From: Angelakisella sp.
GTDB taxonomy: Bacteria; Bacillota; Clostridia; Oscillospirales; Ruminococcaceae
Length of the DNA stretch: 64,000 nucleotides
Assembly (NCBI GenBank): GCA_020024515.1
Contig: JAHHTR010000001.1
Span: forward strand, 1,635 to 65,634
Direction: 5' to 3'
Shown here: positions 57,142 through 64,000 of the stretch, one piece after another
Position numbering within the stretch: position 1 is the first letter of the stretch
How the letters are laid out: every line of letters starts with the position of its first letter
Program-made: the position numbers and the translations under genes
The notes under the pieces: generated by a model
What the model saw: only the letters and a program-made list of their open reading frames with translations
What the model was told of the DNA's origin: nothing
The model's database searches: none

Positions 57142-57885
57142 TCATCTCGCTTTTAAATCAAGTAATATATCTTCAAAGTCAATTGACAAAATATCTATTA
57201 TTTTAACACGTTTTGTGAGCAACAATGGCATTTGTTCTGTCTTTAATTGTATTTTTGCGCTATTTCCAACTACACGAATACGAAAATCGGAAAAACCCAT
57301 TTTAAATAGACTTTTTTCACTTCGTTCCACTTTTTTCAATAATTCAAAAGTCAATTTTGTTCCTGTTGGAATACGGGTAGCAAGACACGAATATGAAGGT
57401 TTATTGTAGGTAAAAAGACCTGCTTCCTTAGAAAGTTTACGGATTTCTGCTTTTGTCAAGTTACATTCACGCAATGGAGAACGCACACCCAATTCTGAAA
57501 TTGCACGCATTCCGGGACGGTCATTTATGTCATCTGAGGCATTTGTACCATCAAAAATAACATCACAACCTGCCTCTTTTGCCTTTTCCAGTAATTTTGT
57601 AAATAAAGTCTTTTTACAATAATAGCACCTGTTAGAAGGGTTTTCCACAACATCATTATTTTGTAACACATCATATTCAACTATTTCAAGATGTATACCA
57701 ATTTCTTCAGCAAGTCTTTGTGCATCTTCAAGCTCAAATTGAGGTTGAAATGGCGTTTTAAAAAACCACGCATTTATATCACAATTCGCTTGCTTCGCCG
57801 CCCACAATAGATATGATGAATCCACACCCCCTGAAAAAGCAAGAGCAGGTCTTTTAAACTGTTTAAAAAATTCATTTAATTGCAA
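57142..57885 (-). CDS. larE: LarE, ATP-dependent sacrificial sulfur transferase (PP-loop)
   Basis: PP-loop AFSGGVDSSYL and a conserved Cys region (...NRCYYCK...). 247 aa. TTG start after AAGGAGG. Confidence 0.85.
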   Translation of the reverse strand: MQLNEFFKQFKRPALAFSGGVDSSYLLWAAKQANCDINAWFFKTPFQPQFELEDAQRLAEEIGIHLEIVEYDVLQNNDVVENPSNRCYYCKKTLFTKLLEKAKEAGCDVIFDGTNASDDINDRPGMRAISELGVRSPLRECNLTKAEIRKLSKEAGLFTYNKPSYSCLATRIPTGTKLTFELLKKVERSEKSLFKMGFSDFRIRVVGNSAKIQLKTEQMPLLLTKRVKIIDILSIDFEDILLDLKAR

Positions 57886-57956
57886 ATAATTGCCTCCTTT
57901 TAAGTAAAATATTTCTATAAATTTATCATTATTTTATGCTGTTTTTCATAAAAAGA

Positions 57957-57985
57957 AGTGTACAATATAACTATATTTTTGTCAA
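57957..57985 (-). promoter_or_regulatory. Candidate sigma-A promoter for larEBC (TTGACA-17 nt-TACACT)
   Basis: On the minus strand, TTGACA (57985-57980), a 17-nt spacer, then TACACT (57962-57957). Confidence 0.4.
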
Positions 57986-58067
57986 TAAAATTATCTTTAC
58001 TTTATATTCTAAAAAAAATCAAATATAACCTTAAAATTATAAAATTATATTTTTTTAATACTGTCTC

Positions 58068-58135
58068 CAAAAAAGAAATACTCCCCATAGCGTAGGCTTG
58101 AAAATAATATTTTTTCAAGTATCTTCCCTATGGGG
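58068..58135 (-). terminator. Intrinsic terminator after the LarA-homologue operon
   Basis: Nested hairpin: outer CCCCATAG/CTATGGGG and inner CTTGAAAA/TTTTCAAG. AGUAUUUCUUUUUUGG follows on the minus strand. Confidence 0.6.
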
Positions 58136-58171
58136 ATTATTTTGTTATGAAATTAATTTATTTTTTAATTA

Positions 58172-59623
58172 TTAAATCAAGTCATCTTTCATGCATAGGT
58201 GAACAGCTGTTGTTTTGAATGTTAGTGGTAGTGCAAGGATATTTGGATTTTCTCCAACATATTTCTTCTTAGCATCAGCTAGTGCCTTTTCAAAAGTAGC
58301 TCGTGTTTTTAGTCCCATACCACGAGCAATACCTGGCTCACGAGCTCCAACAATATATATAGCGGATGTATTCATCTCTGCTATATGTCCACAGCTCATC
58401 ATTGAGAAACCATGGAATGGGTGGAAAGCATTTGCATATCTATATTTACGTATATATTCCTCATTTGTTGCAAAATACTCGCCGTAACGGTTCATATCAG
58501 GCAAAACATTGTTGTAGTCATGTTGGAACATATCATATAGTTCTTTTAGATATGGCCATCTTTCTTCGTGGAAGTAGCCGTCACAAATACTTGAAACGAT
58601 GAATACACAGTGGTCGCTCATAATTCTCTTGTGACGAATTACTTGTGCTGAAAGTGCTTGCATCATTTGAATTGGGTTTGTACCCATACCGTTACCATAA
58701 TGGAAATTTGTTGGCATACCGAAAACGATAACATCGTATTTTTTATCTGCCCATTTTACATAAGTTCTCTTATCAGCAACTTTCCAACTGATTGGTTGCA
58801 TTTCTTTTGCATAACCGCTGAATATAGCGATTTGTCTTGATTGGCTATCCAGAACAGCATCACAGCAGAAGAATTTTTTACCCATTTTTTCTTCCATATG
58901 CATACCGTGTTCATCAAATTTTGTACGCATTGAACTCTTTGTTGATACAGGTACAAAGTCCGCTTTGTGCATAACTTTTGGTACATGGTGAGCAGCTATT
59001 GTTTTCCAGTGACTGATACCTGTTGCACAGTGTTTGTAACCTGCTGAATAACCACCGTAAGGGTTACCTTGTGTATGTCCGATAAGGATAGCGATATCAG
59101 CATCAAAAACATATTTGTTCATGATAACATGGTCGCCTGCTTCTGTAAAGCCTAGGTCTACCAGATGATCATAGTCTTCACTATCGTGACTTGTTATTTG
59201 GTTTGTAAAGTAAAACTCATTGAATAGTTTTTCACCCAAAATTGTTTGCATTTCAGCAACAGTTGCACGTGGGTGTAAGCCATTTGAAAATAACAGCAAG
59301 ATATCTTTCTTTTCTACACCGACACTGTAAAGTTCATCAAGACAAGCTGTTATTGATACTTTACGGTGACTTGTTTCATGGTTACCACCCTTTACTATAT
59401 CAGGAATAACAAAAACCACTTTGCTGCCTTTGTGTGCCATTTCAGTAAGAGTTTGCATACCTATTGGGTTTCTTATTGATTTTAGAGTTTCGTTATAAAG
59501 TGTATCCCAATCTTGTGGCAAACATTCAGGATCTTTTACTGTAACACCGGGTATAAATGAATCAGTGTTATCAGGAAGCTCTGCGCTCATTGTGCCTTGG
59601 CCGTATTCAAATTCAAATTTCAT
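58172..59623 (-). CDS. LarA-family (nickel-pincer-dependent) racemase/epimerase homologue; substrate unknown
   Basis: 483 aa. MKFEFEYGQGTMSAELPDNTD is a LarA-like N-terminus. ...NGLHPR..., then ...GYSAGYKH-x13-HH with the Lys-to-His spacing of the LarA cofactor-tethering Lys and Ni-ligand His. Adjacent to larEBC. Confidence 0.7.
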   Translation of the reverse strand: MKFEFEYGQGTMSAELPDNTDSFIPGVTVKDPECLPQDWDTLYNETLKSIRNPIGMQTLTEMAHKGSKVVFVIPDIVKGGNHETSHRKVSITACLDELYSVGVEKKDILLLFSNGLHPRATVAEMQTILGEKLFNEFYFTNQITSHDSEDYDHLVDLGFTEAGDHVIMNKYVFDADIAILIGHTQGNPYGGYSAGYKHCATGISHWKTIAAHHVPKVMHKADFVPVSTKSSMRTKFDEHGMHMEEKMGKKFFCCDAVLDSQSRQIAIFSGYAKEMQPISWKVADKRTYVKWADKKYDVIVFGMPTNFHYGNGMGTNPIQMMQALSAQVIRHKRIMSDHCVFIVSSICDGYFHEERWPYLKELYDMFQHDYNNVLPDMNRYGEYFATNEEYIRKYRYANAFHPFHGFSMMSCGHIAEMNTSAIYIVGAREPGIARGMGLKTRATFEKALADAKKKYVGENPNILALPLTFKTTAVHLCMKDDLI

Positions 59624-59664
59624 ATTTTTCTAATTTCCTTTCATTTTATATCAATTTATAATTG

Positions 59665-60504
59665 TTATTTACCCATATATGTTTTAATGATTTCAAGATA
59701 TTCATTTGGGTAAAATCCTATCTCCCCTTGAAAACGTGTAAGTGCTATAAGTCCGCCATCAATTTCAGGTATGCTTGCAAGCATTTCGGCATTATCTACC
59801 TTCAAACCGCCACCATATACAACATCTATATCACCTGTTTTTTCTTTTACAAATTTAGCAATCATTTGTATATAGTCTTTGCTTGCAGGAGTTTTTCCGG
59901 GTCCAATACTCCAAATAGGCTCATAAGCGATAACAACCTTAGATTTATCTACACCGTTTAGTCCAATTTCAAGTTGTTCACCCAAAACTTCTTGCCAACG
60001 CTCTTGTTCTTCGCTCTTTTCTCCAATACAGTATAGTACATGAAGACCAGCTTTTTGCGCTGCCAAAATTTCTTGATTTAGTATTCTGTTAACTGCTTTT
60101 GTATCTCTAACGCCAGCCTCTGCCAAAATACCCATTTTATCATTACGTTCTTCACAGTGACCGATTATTGTAGAAACACAACCCATTTCTTTTACAATGT
60201 TAGCTGTACGATTTGTTGTAAATGCACCAAAATTTCCGCCTACTGCTGTATCTGCTCTGTATACACTTTGGCTACCAAGTTTAACAGCACTGTCCTCACA
60301 ACAAACAGCACTTTTTGCACCAAGTAAATGTGCCTCAGGCATATACATAACAAAGTCTACTTCGTTTTTATCATATTCATTAAGTTTTGCTTGTGTATTT
60401 TCAACGATGTACTTTCCCCAATCTTTCAGTGGTGCTATCCTGTTAACGCCACCGTTTTCAGGGGAAATATCAAATCTTTTTAGATTAAGATAGATATGCT
60501 TCAT
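59665..60504 (-). CDS. Triosephosphate-isomerase-family protein (divergent paralogue)
   Basis: TIM catalytic landmarks are kept: NLK near the N-terminus, IGHCEE, and AYEPIWSIGPG. The phosphate-gripping motifs diverge. 279 aa. Confidence 0.7.
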   Translation of the reverse strand: MKHIYLNLKRFDISPENGGVNRIAPLKDWGKYIVENTQAKLNEYDKNEVDFVMYMPEAHLLGAKSAVCCEDSAVKLGSQSVYRADTAVGGNFGAFTTNRTANIVKEMGCVSTIIGHCEERNDKMGILAEAGVRDTKAVNRILNQEILAAQKAGLHVLYCIGEKSEEQERWQEVLGEQLEIGLNGVDKSKVVIAYEPIWSIGPGKTPASKDYIQMIAKFVKEKTGDIDVVYGGGLKVDNAEMLASIPEIDGGLIALTRFQGEIGFYPNEYLEIIKTYMGK

Positions 60505-60556
60505 TTATTTTACTCCCATATAATTTAAAATTTTATAATAAAAAGTGATATATAAA

Positions 60557-61714
60557 TTATATACCTTCTTTTTTATAACGCTCAGCCATTTCGTCAAGTG
60601 TAACTTTTTCTACAAGTGGAGCCTTACCAAAGCTGCCAAATTCAACAATAAGTGTACCAACAGCCTCTTTTACGCCTCGTTCAACGCAACTTACAATCTT
60701 TGCAACATCTTCATCAGGAATATTTCCATACATTACTGTATCCATTATTGGTGGTAGGAATGCACGTGGATCAAATGCTGACTTATTGCTCTCCAACAAG
60801 TCATATATTTTACCTATTGATGCGGATTTTTGCATAACCGGTTCTTGTTCGAATAATTCTTTCATATTACGTGTTACAGCAAGACGAATATCTGTATCAA
60901 CATTTATTTTACCTATACCGCAAGGAATAACTGCTTTTAGTTGTTCAAGTGCTATTCCATAAGTATTTGTAAGTTCACCGCCCAAAGCATTGATTTCATC
61001 TACAATATATTTTGGAACAGTTGAAGAACCATGGCTAACGAGTACACCGAAAATATTTTCATGCATTAGGCATTCTTTTATTGCAATAGCAATTTCTTTG
61101 CGAAGTTTAACATCTTTACCTTTGCTTGCACCATGCATTGTACCATAACTTATTGCCAAGCAGTCAACTTTTGTTTTCTTAAAAAATTCAACTGCGTCCA
61201 TTGGGTTTGTGTATGTAGATGTTGCACTGAATACATGGTCCTCAACACCTGCAAGTACACCAAGTTCACCCTCAACAGTTACACCACGAGCATGTGCATA
61301 TTTTACAACTTCACGTGTAAGTTCAATATTTTGGTTAAAAGGAAGTGATGAACCGTCTATCATAACAGATGTATATCCACCATCAATAGCTGCCTTTACA
61401 CTGTCCATATCTTTACCATGGTCGAGATGCAGTACAACAGGAATAGTTGCGTCTGTACCATATTTTTTAACTGCATCACCGATATTTTTTGCACCCTTTA
61501 TTTTGTCTTCAACAGTTGCATTCAAAAAGTCCGTTCTGCCACCCATAAAACCATTTGCAAGGTCAGCACCTTGTAGTATAGCAGGTGAACGAAACATCTC
61601 GTGAACTTCAATAGCCGCTTTTGCCTGCGCTACTGCATTTACATTAAACCCACCCTGTGCATATCCATATTTTTGTGTTGCCTCCAAAAGAGGTCTCATT
61701 GGTACTATTGCCAT
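60557..61714 (-). CDS. Class II ketose-bisphosphate aldolase family protein
   Basis: LHLDHG, EGELG and ISYGTMHG metal-ligand motifs of class II FBA/tagatose-bisphosphate aldolases. 385 aa. Confidence 0.8.
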   Translation of the reverse strand: MAIVPMRPLLEATQKYGYAQGGFNVNAVAQAKAAIEVHEMFRSPAILQGADLANGFMGGRTDFLNATVEDKIKGAKNIGDAVKKYGTDATIPVVLHLDHGKDMDSVKAAIDGGYTSVMIDGSSLPFNQNIELTREVVKYAHARGVTVEGELGVLAGVEDHVFSATSTYTNPMDAVEFFKKTKVDCLAISYGTMHGASKGKDVKLRKEIAIAIKECLMHENIFGVLVSHGSSTVPKYIVDEINALGGELTNTYGIALEQLKAVIPCGIGKINVDTDIRLAVTRNMKELFEQEPVMQKSASIGKIYDLLESNKSAFDPRAFLPPIMDTVMYGNIPDEDVAKIVSCVERGVKEAVGTLIVEFGSFGKAPLVEKVTLDEMAERYKKEGI

Positions 61715-61770
61715 AAGTCTACATCTCCTATAAATTTTATTTTTATATGAAAAATTTTTTAAACTAAATC

Positions 61771-62964
61771 TTACTTTTCTTCTTTAAATGTTACAAGTTT
61801 AGGCAGTGGTTTTCCTATAAGTGGTCTACACCATTCCTTAAATGCCTCTGTAACACCATTTCCTTCTTCATTTATAAATTCATCAGGCATTTTTCTTTCA
61901 AACATCATAACTTCTTTTGTATCAACAAGAAATACTTCACATTTATATGGTCCATTTGATATTCTCTTGAATGCAACCATTTTTCCGCTTTCGCCTTCGA
62001 TAACACTCTTTGCTGCTACTCTGCCTGCCTCTTGTGCCTCTTTACTGTCTATATCCGATAACCATGCAATAGATGCTCTGCCACATAGTCCCGGTTTTTC
62101 ACTTCTTGCCTTATAACCGAATTTCTTGATAATCAAGTTGCATAGATGTGCACTTACATCACCGAAATATGTTGCTCTGCCTACTTTGAAAATAGGTTCA
62201 ACAATAGGTTTACCGTCTGCATAGTGTAGTCCTTCGCTTGCAACAACAACTCCATAACCCTTTTCATCAATCAGCTTTTTAACATCTGAAAGAAATTTTT
62301 CTTCATCAAAATCTCTTTCAGGTAGATATATAAGGTCAGGTGCAAATCCACTATCTTCTGCAAGAGCTGATGCCGCTGTTATCCAACCCGCATTTCTGCC
62401 AAGTGCTTCTATTACACAAATATGTATAGGTAATCCCCTAACATCACAAGCAACCTCGGCAACTGTTCCGGCAATATATCTTGCCGCACTGCCAAAACCC
62501 GGTGCGTGGTCTGTTATCGCTATATCGTTATCAATAGTTTTAGGTATGCCCATTACACGAATACCTGTTCCTTCGCATGCCATAAACAGCTTGCCACAAG
62601 TATCCATTGTACCGTTACCGCCATTCATAAGTACCATATCTATATTAAATTCTTTTAGTACTTCTACCATTTCTTTATATTCTTTTTCTTCCAATGCGTC
62701 ACGAGATGTACCAATTGCAGATGCCGGACTTTGCAGTAACAGTTCCAACTGTTCATCTGTAAATGAACGTGCATCTTTCAAGTTCTTTGCAATAAGACCA
62801 CCTGTTCCACCAATAGCAACATAAACTTTTTCTATTTCTGTGTGGGATACAGCCTCTTTTATAGCTCCATACAACGAAGCATTTATTACAGGAGACGGTC
62901 CGCCACCGTGAATAATTACCAAATTACCCATAGTATCATACCTCACATCATTGAATTTATTCAT
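61771..62964 (-). CDS. Phosphofructokinase (PfkA) family kinase; phosphoryl donor and substrate uncertain
   Basis: HGGGPSPVINA, MNGGNGTMD, IPKTIDNDI and ALGRNAGW are PfkA-family motifs. 397 aa. Confidence 0.8.
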   Translation of the reverse strand: MNKFNDVRYDTMGNLVIIHGGGPSPVINASLYGAIKEAVSHTEIEKVYVAIGGTGGLIAKNLKDARSFTDEQLELLLQSPASAIGTSRDALEEKEYKEMVEVLKEFNIDMVLMNGGNGTMDTCGKLFMACEGTGIRVMGIPKTIDNDIAITDHAPGFGSAARYIAGTVAEVACDVRGLPIHICVIEALGRNAGWITAASALAEDSGFAPDLIYLPERDFDEEKFLSDVKKLIDEKGYGVVVASEGLHYADGKPIVEPIFKVGRATYFGDVSAHLCNLIIKKFGYKARSEKPGLCGRASIAWLSDIDSKEAQEAGRVAAKSVIEGESGKMVAFKRISNGPYKCEVFLVDTKEVMMFERKMPDEFINEEGNGVTEAFKEWCRPLIGKPLPKLVTFKEEK

Positions 62965-62998
62965 TATTAAAAATACATTTTATATTAAAAATCAAAAA

Positions 62999-64000
62999 TT
63001 AATATTTAAATATGGTTTTTTGCAGTGCTAAAGCACAACCACCCAGTGCACCTCTGTTAACATCAGATGGTAAAAATACAGTCTTTGTCTTTTCATCATT
63101 TATACACAATAAATTTTCATAAAAAACATCTGTAAACATCTTTTGATTTTTCTCTGTCGATAACAACATACTGTCAATTATTATATACGGTACTGAAATA
63201 TAATTGATGATATTCGATAACGAAATAGCAAGTATATCTATTGATTTTCTTACTATGCCATTTACTACTTTATCATTTTTTTTCTGAGCTTCCAAAACTT
63301 CTTCTATATTTATGTTATTAATATCTTTAGATATTGTTTTAAGCACTGTGTCCTCATTATTTTTTATTGCATCTTCACACTGTTTACAAATTGCGCTTTC
63401 GCTTGCTATGGCTTCAAGACACCCTTTTCTGCCACATTCACTGCACACAGGACCGTTTCTGTCAACTATTGTATGACCAATCTCACCTGTGGAATAGTGA
63501 TTTCCTTTGTATACCTTGCTACCCAAAATAAGCGGACACGCAATACCACGAGAAACCATAAAATATGCGTAATCGACAAGTGAACTGTCTCTTTTGAATA
63601 TTTTATAGGCAATCGCCCTTGCTCTTACATTGTTTTCCACAAAAACAGGGACATTGATTTCCTTTTGCAAATCTCTTGACAAAAATCTATTTGTCCATAC
63701 CGATGCTACCGCTTTTTTTACAAAACCGGTTTGACTATCAATATATCCCGGAACGGTAACACCAACACCCAGTATCAAATTTTTGTTTATCTCAGATTTA
63801 ACAATTATATTATCAATATAACTTTTAATCTCTTTGACAGCATCTTCATATATTGTAAAAACTGTATCGTACTTTTTGCTGTACAGTACCCTTCCAAATA
63901 TATCGGTTAAACAAACATATACACCATTTAACAGTATTTCGATACCTATACAATAATTTGATTGTGGATTTATATCCAAATATTTTGCTTTTCTGCCTAG
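62999..64000 (-). CDS. ROK-family protein (probably a transcriptional regulator), N-terminus beyond window end
   Basis: ROK Cys motif CSECGRKGCLEAIAS. The frame is open from 63979 to the window edge (LGRKAKY upstream of the track start). The sugar-kinase DxGxT ATP motif is replaced (IGIEILLNG), as in ROK repressors. Confidence 0.7.
   Translation of the reverse strand, partial: LGRKAKYLDINPQSNYCIGIEILLNGVYVCLTDIFGRVLYSKKYDTVFTIYEDAVKEIKSYIDNIIVKSEINKNLILGVGVTVPGYIDSQTGFVKKAVASVWTNRFLSRDLQKEINVPVFVENNVRARAIAYKIFKRDSSLVDYAYFMVSRGIACPLILGSKVYKGNHYSTGEIGHTIVDRNGPVCSECGRKGCLEAIASESAICKQCEDAIKNNEDTVLKTISKDINNINIEEVLEAQKKNDKVVNGIVRKSIDILAISLSNIINYISVPYIIIDSMLLSTEKNQKMFTDVFYENLLCINDEKTKTVFLPSDVNRGALGGCALALQKTIFKY

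Noticed and set aside
58083-58135. Nested long hairpin between the LarA homologue and larE, considered as a nickel-responsive riboswitch
   Set aside because: It lies directly after the stop codon of the upstream operon and is followed by a U-tract on the coding strand. It therefore behaves as an intrinsic terminator. The larE promoter lies downstream of it, and I see no conserved riboswitch core.

Overview
Chromosomal segment from a low-GC Firmicute, most likely a spore-forming anaerobe of the Clostridia type. No rRNA, CRISPR array or intact prophage was seen. All family calls are motif recognition by eye. No database search or statistic was computed.

- **1-9.2 kb, minus strand.** A slightly GC-richer accessory block. 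It holds an AraC-type regulator, a Nik/Opp-type ABC importer whose family-5 lipoprotein binding protein comes last, and two translationally coupled fused ABC exporter genes that run off the left edge.
- **9.3-11.5 kb, decay zone.** It contains an internally deleted rve/IS481-like transposase remnant. Next is a small HTH/sigma-like regulator gene fronted by a LexA box and broken by an A8 frameshift and an in-frame TAG. Last is an IS5-family element with two frame breaks. The zone ends at a stand-alone tRNA-Pro(GGG) whose 3' end faces the block.
- **12.1-16.5 kb, plus strand.** An orphan flagellin gene with a sigma-28-type promoter and a CsrA-type leader. A very AT-rich three-gene cassette follows: a 679-aa sulfotransferase-like protein, an APS-kinase-like P-loop protein and a SerB-like HAD phosphatase. 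This is my best candidate for an undescribed flagellin-modification system.
- **16.5-55 kb, almost all minus strand.** Core genes: beta-CASP RNase, rnfCDGEAB, nitroreductase, Gx transporter, an acidic Cys-cluster zinc-ribbon protein, efp, an M24 peptidase, yqeG, rpsU, leuS, rsfS, a nadD-yqeK fusion, yhbY, rdgB, ftsY, smc, a radical SAM gene, rnc, plsX, trmFO, topA, dprA, a TrmH-family gene, infC-rpmI-rplT, spoIVB, a gerA-type receptor operon, DUF421/DUF4363 and an HD protein.
- **55-64 kb.** larE-larB-larC (nickel-pincer cofactor synthesis) lies next to an operon of ROK regulator, PFK-family kinase, class II aldolase, divergent TIM-like isomerase and a long LarA homologue. This is the second candidate for an uncharacterised pathway.
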